A DNA stretch of 64,000 bases from Pelomyxa schiedti (Eukaryota > Protista > Evosea): the NCBI GenBank assembly GCA_020536535.1, contig JAHLWZ010000857.1, positions 6,821 to 70,820 of the forward strand, written 5' to 3'. The notes under the pieces are model-generated. The model made no database searches, was not told where the DNA came from, and saw only the letters and a program-made list of their open reading frames with translations. Made by a program: the position numbers and the translations under genes. Positions 53,068 to 64,000 of this stretch are shown in pieces; positions within the stretch are counted from its first letter, which is position 1, and each line of letters starts with the position of its first letter.

Positions 53068-56000
53068 ATGACGACGTTCCAGTCGCTGCTGCGGTCGTCG
53101 TCCTCGACCAACTTGGTTGTGAGCGCGGACGCTGCGTACGTACAGGCCGCTGGCGACGAGGCGATCGACGGCCTCATGGACCGCGTGGGGCGCGGCGTCT
53201 CCGCCTTCGTGGCCGCAGGGGGGTCGCACTTTGCTGCCAAAGCGAGCACGGTAGCGGCCATTATGGGTGGCGATGAACCTAGCGGGGCTCGTGAGCCTGG
53301 CTCTCAGCCTTCAGGTTTGTTTCGCCTTGAATTCCTTAGTGAGGGGAAGTGGTTGGAATTAAATCCCATAATGTTCCTGTTGCCAATGTGTATATTTGGA
53401 AGCTATCATAATATGGTGTTTGGTATTAAGTACTATTCTAATTATTTCATTATTTATTTATTTTTTCTTTTCCTCTCCCCACTGGAAATATAGCCTCGAC
53501 TTATGGAATTACTGAAAAAAGTACCACTACTGAATTGCTGCAGCTTTTGAATAGAAAGGGGGTGGATGTGCGAATGCAAGTGTTGAGGGAGATACTCTCT
53601 AGGTGTTCAAATAATACTGGTGCTATCAATCCAAATGATGTGGTACAGCTGCTACAGGGCACTTTGAGGCCCTGCCTGAATGCTCTTATGAATAAGGAAA
53701 ATCCTTCAGAGCATGAAGTTGCTTTGAGGGTACTCCTGCTAGAAGCAAAAAGAGGTTTTTCTTCCCTCCTGTAGAGTTTGAGTGTTGCCTTACAATGTCA
53801 ATAAGACTCTTCTTCTATCAGACAAGCTGGGTACATTTCTTATCTATTTATTGTATTAGATTTTTTATAAAATTTAGTGGCATCCCAACCCTTGTTTCCT
53901 TCCTTTCCTCTGCTTCACCTGCTGGGAAAGTTATGGACTTAGTTGTACTTCAAACTCTCGCATCTCAACGTTTGTACTCTTTGCCATTTCTTTTCTTTGA
54001 GTTCCCTTTGTAGGAAAGAACAAGGACTTCATAATGAGATCTGGGTTTGTTGAGTCAGCAATGCCTCTATTGGGTCCTGGATTTCCTCTTCCAGTACAAA
54101 TCAGTGCCATGCGTGCTTTATGTAGCTTGACTGCAGAACGTACCCTCCTTCCCTATTTTCAAGCCTTTGCTCATACGTTGCTCTTCCCTTTTTTCAGATA
54201 ATAAATCCCAAGAGTTAGTGTGCAAGCTCAGTGGGTGGGAGTTAATGATGAAAATTATAGGTGATCCCACAACTCAGTCAAAGCTTCTTATCCCTGCCCT
54301 TCTGTTATGTGAGAAACTTTCAGAGTGTGGTGTGGAGCTTTGTATTTTTAAAGTTTCCCTTACTTTGCCAAGCCACTGTTAAGAGCACAGTTTCAAAAGT
54401 AAATATCAGTACTCTCATGTCAAAGTTAGATGTTTCTCTTGTCTACACACAGACATTTCAGGTGTGAATTGAGTTTTATTGCCTCTGCTCATTACTGCAA
54501 AAGGGAGTCTATAAAGGAGAAGCGAAGACCCCAGAAAGGGAAATTTCCATTCAGGTATCTACATGGCACAATTAGGTAGCCAAAAATATTTATTCCGCAG
54601 ATACATACTGCAGTGATGTCAATTTTGACAGAACTTGCTTTTTTGGGTATACCCCCGTAAAACATAAAATCCCTAACAGTCCAAGAATTACCTAGAGAAG
54701 TTATTTCATCTACTGGAGGAATTGAACTGGCCCTTTCATTTTTGAGGCCTCCCCCAGATATTCCTTTTGATGTCTTAGAGTGGTGTGTTACATATTGTCT
54801 CCCATGTTTAAGAGTAATTAGGGACATGGATATTGAAGCAAGTGTATTAGGTCTTCTGAATAACTTAATGCTCAGCAGTGTGTCCCAAGTTTCTTAGTTT
54901 TTTTTATCAATAACAGTATTTACACTAATCTCAATCTGGGGTATTTCAGGTCAGAATAGGCAAAAATTTGTTCAACTAGATGGGCTGAAACCTATTGAAA
55001 GCATTCTGGCTTTGACTGATATTTTTCCTGAAAGTGTGGTCCTCACTTGTGCTTCTGTAGTTTCCAAGCTTTTTGATGGTACGGCCATGATAGAAAAAAT
55101 TACACAAAATTAAGTAACCATCAAGATCTGGCACATGGAGCCAATATGGAAACAATTGTGAAACTCCACAGACTTCTACCCAACAACGAAAAACTACAAA
55201 AGTACAGCCTACAATTGAAGTTGTATAACCCTTTTGCAGAGTTCTTATTTCCAGCATGCAATCCTTGTGTACTTCTGGTATTTACCTTGGAAAGGTGAAA
55301 TTCTCATTCTCACAGAGCAGGGTCGTGGACAGATATTTCAAGCAGGAGGAGTTCAAATTCTCATTGAGAAACTCAGTCAAAATCTCAATGCTGATATTAC
55401 TTCAAACATTGTTAAAATTCTTATGCCTCTTTCAGTTGACAGTGCGTTATCCCTTTCTTCATTTTTTTCTTTTAAAACCTAAAACTTTATTTCATGCTAG
55501 AGTTCTTCCGCAAAGTGCTGCGTGCCATTGAAAGTGCTTTTACATCTATTATTATTCATCTGTCCACCACAACAGATGAAGCGCTGCAGCTACTTTTGTT
55601 GGAACTTATAAATCAACTTGCATGTGAAGGTTACTTCACCCTAAGAGCTTCGTTGGACTCAAGTACTTTAGACCTTGACTCCAAAGTAGCACTCAGTAAA
55701 GTTAACATTGGGGAAACTCAAGCTGCTGTGTTCTTCCATCTGGCTAGATTGTCGGCAAATGGAAGTGATGCTGTTAAATTAAAAGCTATGGATGCATTCC
55801 TGCAAGTCTATCATCCCTGTAACAACACGCCCTCTCCAAGAACGGTTTTTTACACATCCCAGCAACCATAAATATGTTCATTGCATCGGGAGCATTGAAA
55901 ACGGTCATTCAGCTTTTAGTTTGTAAGAATCAGAACATACAGAAGAAAGCAATCACGTTCATGTCCGCTTTGTTTACAAATAGTATCAAATCTCCGAAGT

Positions 56001-57739
56001 TACCGCCATTAATTGTAACCTTCTAGTTGAATTGCACCCATTGCTGGTACAAGCGGATATCGTTACAACCTTAAAGAACCTGAGATTTCATGGTGAGTGC
56101 TTCCCAAAAACTATTTCTCTAATCTGAGATAAAAAAAGAGAATGTTGTAAAACCAACTAGTGAACTAGTGGAGCCTCTCTCTCAGTTAATAGCATCCTGG
56201 AAAGAATTAGCTGACTTAGTGGAACTGTCCAAAGCAAATCCCGTGCCTGTGGAGATGATAGTATTAATACTTGGCAATATCGAGCAACCTCTTAGAGTAT
56301 TTATCATAACTACCCAGGCAAAAATTTATAACATTAGGTAAATCCATCAACACTGAGTTTGGAGACTTTTAGAGCAGGTGTTGCAAAAATTCTGGAAATC
56401 CCAGAAGAAACAATGGAACTGAAATGCCAAGTGTGAGAACTCCATTTTACTGTCACTCTAAAAAAACGCAGCGAGGGGAAAAAATGTGGGACATTCTAAC
56501 AACGCCGCAATTGAGACTTCACCTGTCAGGAAAGACTGCTTCTGAGCAACCAATTGTGCATGTAATTAAAAAAGGAGGTAGTTCCCAGAGAAGGTGAACC
56601 AAACTCATACCACCAAGATGTCGCACAGGCCATTTCCGTTCCCGAACCCCCTCCCCCACCTCCCGTTGATCCTGCTGAGGAAGAAGCGGCACGAACCCTC
56701 TCAAGAATGGAAAATCCAGTTCTTGTGCACCTTGTCAAACTGCTGGTATCCTTTTTTGTTTGTTCACAATCTCCAATTGCACCTCATTTTCCAAGGCGAA
56801 AGAGGCCAATCTCTCTCTCCAAAAAACACTGGAGCTACTGTCTAAGAATCCATACATCCCCCCACCAGCACCCAAACCCACAGCAGCGAGTCAAGACCGC
56901 GAAGAAGGCAGCTCTTCCTATTCCCCAATGATGCCTCTGGGTGATTTATCAGTAAGAGAATTTGTCTCCGAAGTCCTTAAATGCTAACAACTCAAAGAGT
57001 GAACTAATGAAGGAAATAAAATCCGCGGTCAAAGGTAAGATCAGAATGAGGTATGTGAGAAGATCTCACAACTTAACGATCCTGACTTGTCAAAAGACAT
57101 GTTGACCTGGAAGCAGAGCAAGTTAGAAGAAGAGCTGACAGGCAGAAGTATCTACAAAGAGGCTTACTAGATGACTTCATGGAGGCCATCAAAACGTTTG
57201 TACAGAACAAACAAGAGAATATTTCTCCACCAACCACACCTAACTTCCACGCAGAAGGAACAAAGGCAACCGCCGCGTTCTGTCTATTGACATCTGGAGA
57301 CCCCGCGAATTATGGCGCAAGCCCAGCACAATGGACCGGTGGATAGACGACGTGCGTGGCTGTGTGGGCGGCGTTGTGGGAGGCCTCATGGCCAAGGTTC
57401 TACTCCACCTATGCATCATGGAGGATAGCAAATGCACCTTCCCTAGTGTTCTGGAAATGCTCCAGCCGGCCACAGTGCAATGTATGTTGTAGTTTTACAC
57501 TTTTCACCTAATGACACTCACATGCAACTGGGTTTTTTCTTTCTTTCTCAGGCAAGGTTGTTGCTGATTTATTGTGCAATGTTGGCTTCGGTGTGCAATA
57601 CCAGAGTGTACAAGTATGCCCTGAGGATGAAGATGCCTATGTAGTTGAGGAACCTTTGTCAGTTCTGAGGCCCCATGTGCTCCCAATCCCTCAATTACTG
57701 AGAGCCTTGGAACTGGCTGTCAAACTGGGTACCCCATAA
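53068..57739 (+). CDS. Armadillo-repeat protein with Pro-rich segments and a WH2-like motif, many introns
   Basis: ARM-like GIPTLVSFL, TGGIELALSFL, LDGLKPI and QAGGVQILIEKL. Later PVPEPPPPPP and PPPAPKP, then SELMKEIKSAVKGKIRMRHV. The 3' end (KLGTP*) is hand-predicted. Confidence 0.62.
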
Positions 57740-57746
57740 CAACAGT

Positions 57747-58345
57747 TTGTTCTCCTTCTTCATTTGCACCTTCTTTTTCGATGCAAAAACCAGTGCATGC
57801 AAAGCAAATCAGCACCCCTTCGGGCTGTGGCAGACCCACAATCCCGATCGGGTGGGGTCGTGGCTTTTCGGTCTTCTGCGTCTGGAGCAGCTAGTAGTAG
57901 CTGCTGGGGACGTAGAGGCCATGTTCCGGCGGGGCGGTATGTACATGGGACCCAGTTTTGCGGACCGCTCGTTGACCCCCTCCGGTATCGATGCAGCCAA
58001 GGGTGTTTCACTGATGGGATTATTACCTTGAAGGTCAAGAATCCCCATAGCCGGGCTGCTATCTGTGCGGCGTGCTTCTTGTGGCGTGTGCTACTTGTGG
58101 GGCTGCAAAGGGATGTGCCAAAGGCAATTAAGCTCCTGCAAAGATATGATACGAAGACAAGATACTTGAGTTTGCCTCCCTTCTATGAAGATGGGCGATC
58201 CAAGGTATTCCTTGGCTACTGTTATGAACGAGGCCTTGGTGTCGATTTAAATGTACAGCGAGCTCTTGAAGCACTCACCACCTCAGCTCAAAAAATAAAA
58301 GACAGAGGAACATGCTGCTGTAACAAATTTGGAGAAATCACTTAA
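57747..58345 (+). pseudogene. Degenerate Sel1-repeat gene fragment
   Basis: Sel1-like pieces lie in different frames: AAGDVEAMFRRGGMY in one and GLQRDVPKAIKLLQ / KVFLGYCYERGLGVDLNVQRA in another, with no obvious intron joining them. Confidence 0.5.
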
Positions 58346-58826
58346 AGAAGAAGGAGAAAAGTCCACGAGACACCAGGTATGTAAAAGGTCCTTGAACATT
58401 GTTAATACACATTCATTGCTCAGGCACTTGCAGAGGAAGGAAAAGGGGGTTGGGAATTCACATCGCTGAAATTCAGCTTCAAAGTGACGCAGAAGCAGTG
58501 ATTTGCAATTTAAAGACACCCATTTCAATGTTGACATTATCCACCTCTGTTCGTGTGCTACCCTCTCTTTTCACCAACTTGTTTTGACAACGGCACAAAC
58601 AAGGGCTGCCTAATTATAGTCTATTGTTTTTCACGCTAATTACCCGAGGTACCGGGGACCATTAATAGAAGTGAAACTAAACTGTTTATGGTATGGATGG
58701 ACATCTCATCAAAAAAATTGGAATCCTCCATAAATAGGAGTGACCTGCCGTTGAGGATCTGAATCTTTTTTTCTTAATCACAGCAACCTAACGGTCTTGT
58801 TCCAGCCGCTCGTTGTTGTTTGGCAA

Positions 58827-61800
58827 ATGAAGAGGAGTTCGTTCGTTGGACTTGTGTTGGTTTTTCTCCCTTGTTTTGTTGGACATTGCCGAGGAGGTCT
58901 TTCGACTTGCTCTGGTGTTCCTGGTGCCATTGTTTACGATAATGGCGGTTACCCCAGCAGCACAGCCGCAGTCGTTGTGTGGCCGTGTGGTAGTTCCTCA
59001 CTTCACTCCCCACCCACTTCTTGTTCACGGTGGTGGTTGCACTCATTTTGCACCAACAAACAAACAGAGTCAGATCCCAAGAACAAAAAGTGTGGAACTT
59101 TGGTGCAGGAAGTTCGGGTGCCCACAGTCCCGTTCCGCATTACAACTGTGCGTGTGCCCGCTCCTTGATTCTCTGTGTTGTTTGCTCACATCCAAAACTG
59201 CAGGTCTGTGGCCTATTCGTTGGAGAGGGCACCTCTGCGCTTGCACTGCTCACTCCTGTCATGTACTATGACGCAGCGTTCTCTGTTGTCCCTTACACGA
59301 AAGTTGCGGGTCCTGTCATGTTGTACACCCTACCTGGGGGTGGGGAAGCTCCTCAGTGGGTCTCTGTGGATGTTTCTCCATATAACTTTAGTATGTGGAA
59401 AAGTGTTCTTTGACAACGGAACAAACTGAATTTTTCGCAGCTGCATTCTCTGAGGTTGTTTATGTGGGATTTAGCGTTGAATGGAATGCTTCATCGACTC
59501 CTGTCGCATTGCTTGCGGACAACCAGGGAACCTTCCACTCTTGTTGGTTCAGTGCCAACGGTAACAACTTCTCTCTACTGCAAACATCTGGGTGGGAACC
59601 CACTGATTATTACTCTGCACTGCTCCGTGTTGTTGGAAATGCAACAGGTTGTTGCTGTTGTTGCAAATGATCTTCTTTGCTTTTCTGTTCACACAAGAAA
59701 CAACAGACCTTGCCGCTGTTGGTGGTGCCCCACCTTTTTGGAAGTGCGACTCGGCAAAGTGGAATGACGGCACATGCGACTGCGGCTGTGGATGTTATGT
59801 ACTGTGTCTGTCTTCACTCTTCTTATCTTAAAAACAAACACAGGACATTGATTGCGAGAACCACACGAATCCATCAAGTTGCGCGACCGATCAGTTGTGC
59901 CACCCCACACTCTTGTCGTGTGAGTCACCATGGTTCAACTGTTCGGCGAGCGAATGGTGGGATGGGAGCACGTGTGACTGTGATTGTGGGAGCGGTGTGG
60001 CTGCGGATCCAGATTGCCTCGATCGGAGGTGGCAGTTTGGTGGGTGGAACACTCCCGCCTTGAATGTCTCGGGATGTCGCAATTTCTCGAATGCTTATTG
60101 CGACTCCTTTAATCTGACCTGTGGAAGTTACGTTCCATCACATCCCATTACTACGTTTTATTTTCCCTTTGCTCGTCTCTGTCTGTCTCTCTCTCTGACT
60201 TGAAATGCAGTTTACAACTACGAATGTGGGTTTTCGACATACTCTGCGTCAGATGGATGCAACTGTGAGTGTGGATCGGCAGAAGACCCCGATTGCAAGA
60301 TTGCAGGTGAACCGACACTGAACTGCCCGTCAAATTCGACATGTGTTGCTGGCAAATGCGAAGATGGTAATTAAATTCCTCCTCAGTGAACTCTAATTTA
60401 TGTGCGACTCACTCTTTGGCCTTAACATGGGATTCTCCAGAGTCCTCAAGTTTTTCCTTCTCCAGCAGTTCGTTGAGCCTTTCTTCTTCAAGTGAGTCAA
60501 CTTTTTCATCGAGCCACTCATCCAGTGCTTCACTGAGAATTTCCTCTTCCTTCAGTGATTCACAGAGTGATTCCTCTTCATTCAGTGATTCACAGAGTGA
60601 TTACTCTTCATTCAGTCATTCATCCAGGTTTTCTTCACTCAGTGATTCACAGAGTGTTTCCTCTTCACATGGAGATCTGCCATCACGCAGTGTTTCGTTC
60701 AGCGATCCATACAGCACACTCACTTCATTCAGTCATTCTCTAAGTTATTCCACTTCCCACAGTCATTCACGAAGTGTCTCCACTTCTTCATCCAGTCATT
60801 CAACAAGTGCTTCCACTTCATCCAACGATTCACCTCCTTGGAGTTCATCCGAGAGAATCACAGGGCCAAGTGACAGCAGCAGTGAAGAGAAGAAGAACCA
60901 AGACGGCCTCAAGTGGGGGCTCGTTGGTGGATTTTCGTTCCTCGCCATCGCTGCGATCGTTGGAGGATGCATTGCTGCCATATCATTGTATGACACAAAC
61001 ACAAACACACACACATCACACATCACACATCACACATCACACATCACACATCACACATCACACATCACACATCACACATCACACATCACAAATGGGGGTC
61101 CAGTTTCTTTTTTTCCATGACAGTTGATCAGGTGGCGCAGATCAAAGCAACAACAACAACAAGAAGGAGAAGGAGAAGAAGAACACACACCAAAGGTCGA
61201 ACTGGAATGTGCAAGTTCAGCTGCGATGCCACGCCTGTCCAAGTTGTGTTACACTGACCCTTCGCTGGACCTTGGAGCACGAGAGTGAGTGTTCCCATTC
61301 TCATTCCCGTTCCTCCCGATGTGGTTATTATTATTGCTGATTATTATCACTCACAGGCGGTGCTCCCCAAAAACGTTCCCACTTCAAATTGAGCCCCAGG
61401 ATGCTCTCAACTTTGGACTTGGTTTTTTTCTTCTCTCTCTCTCTTCTGACATTGCTCAATTTCCTCGAAAAAACAACAACAACTGCAGGCACTCATCAAG
61501 CAATGGTTGGTGTTGAATTGAATGACACATTATCTTTGACCAACGAAACCAAGTCCACTCTTCTTTTTAAAATCGGTATCCTTCTTTTTTTTTGTTGTTG
61601 TTCGTTCGGCACACTCATCATCTCCTCAGAATCTGCAAAGAGCCAGTATGCTTTTGACTCCTCTCCTCTCCCTCCCACCTCTCTCTTCCATTCACAAGTG
61701 TTCTGTTCCCGTTCTAACTTTCGGAAGTAAATACAAGATTTCGTTTGAACCAGATTCTGGAAGCCTGAAACCAGTTAAAACCCACCACCAACCATGAAGT

Positions 61801-62554
61801 TCCCCATAATGACCTCTCATAATCTCAACAACGAACCACAGGGGTTTTCCATCACCGCCGATGTAAAGTTGACGGTGCTGTGCACATCGTCTTTTGAAAC
61901 GAATGTCATCATAACGTCTTCCAAAAGTGAGGCAGACACAAACCTGAAAGTATGCATGGAATTTCTCTGTTCCGTTGGTTGTTTCTCACACTGATTCCCT
62001 TCCCACCAGTTCGTGGCTCTGAGTGTGCGCCTCGAATCGACTCTTTCCACATCGCTGGATCCTGACGAACTTCAGGTGATCACACACACACACGTTGTGG
62101 GGGAGCAATCAAAAACGGGATGGGTGGATGACTTTGTCTTCTTCTCACAATAACCACCCCCTGTCATTTTTTTCAGCTGGAAGAGCGGCCAATTGGAGAA
62201 GGTGGATATGGAATCGTGTTCCGTGGAACTTGGTTCCTCCTTTCCTTCCCTTTTTTTTTTTTGGAGGAAAGGGGACTCACCAGTGTTTTGTTTACAGGCG
62301 TGGTCAGAACATTGCTGCCAAAATCGTCAAGGTAATATCAACCAACTGAACTTCCAAGTCCCTTTTTCACTTGTATTTTTCTTTTCAATTATTTTTCAAA
62401 AGAATCCAGAAGGGAAGAACACCATGACTGAATTTCAGCAGGAGGTGTGCTGTTTCATCATCCCTCACTCACCACCACTGCTTGATTTAACATCCTGATT
62501 TGATTCAGGTTCACATTCTGGAGAGCTTGAGATCACCATACGTGAGTGGTTTGG

Positions 62555-62585
<31 letters not shown>

Positions 62586-64000
62586 CAAACAGCAAACAAA
62601 GCAACCATTTCTTCTGATTGATATGGGAAACTGCAGATTGTTTCATTCATTGGAGCAGTCAACATTCCAGGGAAACTGGTCCTCGTCACTGTGAGTTCAC
62701 CATTTCTTTTTGAGTGAGATGATATGGTCAAACCAACGACCCAACATCTTTCCAGGAATTCGTGAAGTATGGCAGTCTGACGTCTTGTTTGGACAAGTAT
62801 CCATTCTCGTTGCAGCTCAAGGTGAAATGCCTTTTGGATTGTTGCCTTGGTATCATGTCTCTGCCTGTGTCTGCCGTGTTATTTCTGCCCCCCCTCCACC
62901 GTCTTTTGTTTTCCCGATGTCTGCTTCTAACTTCCTCCTCTCCAATTTAGGGATGGTTTACCTGCATGGCAATTCAATGCTCCATCGAGATTTGAAGACA
63001 GATAATTTATTGGTAATGTCCATTCCCCCAATGCGCCTCTTCCCAATTTCTTCCCATTTCCTTGACTTGTGGTGTATGCTCACTGATTGGTTACCAATCA
63101 AGATGTCTTCAATTGATGTTGGATCTGAAGTCAACTGCAAAATATCCGGTTGGTTTACTCTTTCTTGTTCTTTCTCTTCAGCCATTCCCAAAAAGCTCTT
63201 TTTTTTGTGTGTGAGACTTACTTACCATGCCATCATTCAAGATTTTGGCACATCTCGCAATATTTCACAAGCACAACAAACACAAGCCTTGACACAAGGG
63301 GTATTTTTTCAATTCGATTGTGTTCTTAGGGATCACTCTAAAAATATTACAATGCAATACAACAATTCACACAGATTGGCACACCGGCATTTATGGCTCC
63401 TGTGAGTATCCAACAAAAATAACTAACTCTCTCTCACTCAACAAAAACAAAAAAAAGGAACTGCTTTCATCGAACATGTACACCTGGAGTGCTGATGTTT
63501 ACAGGTGTGTGTGTGTGTGTGGGTTGAGTGGGAGTGTTTGAGTGAAGGAATCTGAACTTGCGCACACACAACCATCAACCAATCAAACATTGTGTTCCCT
63601 TTCCTAAATGAAACAAAAAAACAGTTTTGCACTGATTGTGTATCAAGTCGCAACAGGAAAAGCACCTTACACGGAGTTCTCAAACCTTTGGCGTATGAAT
63701 ATCCCTCCCCCACACACCTTCCTTGTTTCCCACTCCCAAACAAACAATCAAACCAACCAAACACCATCAGAAATAACTGAATTTGTTATTGCCGGAAAGG
63801 TATCTCCCAAAAGCACTCTTTCTCTCTCTCTCTCTCTGTTATTCCCCCAATTTGTTTGACACTGTGACAAACACCCACACACACACACCAACAGAGATTG
63901 CCACTTGAAGGCTTTCCTGACGAACTCGCATCCTTGACCTCTGACTGCTGGGCTCATGACAGACACGCACGTCCAAGTTTGGCTTCTTCTCTTTCGTTCC
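58827..64000 (+). CDS. Single-pass transmembrane receptor kinase (TKL group) with Cys-rich ectodomain; truncated by window end
   Basis: Signal peptide MKRSSFVGLVLVFLPCFVGHC, CDCGCG/DPDC repeats, Ser-rich stalk, TM WGLVGGFSFLAIAAIVGGCIAAISL, Ig/MSP-like juxtamembrane region, then GEGGYG, AAKIVK, HRDLKTDNLL, DFGTSR, GTPAFMAPE and ADVYSF. Confidence 0.9.
60541..60670 (+). repeat. Imperfect ~30-nt tandem repeat encoding SSSFSDSQSD units of the receptor stalk
   Basis: Recurrent TTCCTCTTCATTCAGTGATTCACAGAGTGA-like units. Confidence 0.8.
61012..61088. repeat. (CACATCA)11 heptamer tandem repeat inside intron 60988-61131
   Basis: 11 perfect units read directly. Confidence 0.95.

Noticed and set aside
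60541-61088. Repeats as a CRISPR array or telomere
   Set aside because: There are no unique spacers. One repeat is a coding Ser-rich stalk and the other an intronic microsatellite far from any visible chromosome end.
61576-61629. Second intron starting GTATCCTT (possible U12)
   Set aside because: No TCCTTRAC-like branch site near the acceptor. It shows that this donor can arise by chance in this genome.

Overview
Gene-dense eukaryotic DNA with very short (mostly 40-60 nt) spliceosomal introns, poly(A)-rich promoters and GC-rich first exons. The style (tiny introns, Sel1-repeat genes, a Cys-rich transmembrane TKL kinase, an ACC/pyruvate-carboxylase fusion) suggests an anaerobic amoebozoan such as Pelomyxa; this is an inference, not a database result. 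I could assemble about 21 intron-containing genes by hand: MND1, a FabG-like SDR, SF3B1, a Sel1 protein, an EF-hand/unknown-domain protein, a short tRNase Z, a CUE+SKICH-like protein, a myristoylated metallophosphoesterase, an AccD-AccA-pyruvate-carboxylase-CT fusion, a TRIM-like E3 ligase, an N-formylglutamate-amidohydrolase-like protein, NAGLU, a bacterial-type radical SAM enzyme, a WH2-C-acidic protein, COPG, DCPS, a PTB/hnRNP L-like protein, NUP107, an RRM-SPOC protein, an ARM+WH2-like protein and a receptor kinase running off the end, plus a Sel1 remnant. I found no tRNA, rRNA, CRISPR or transposase. The most notable signals are a single-chain transcarboxylase-like fusion with systematically altered active-site motifs and no biotin carrier, a prokaryote-type radical SAM/twitch enzyme with one intron, a candidate U12-type intron, and two non-standard WH2 actin regulators. 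CDS coordinates span start codon to stop codon including introns, and internal exon boundaries are hand-predicted.
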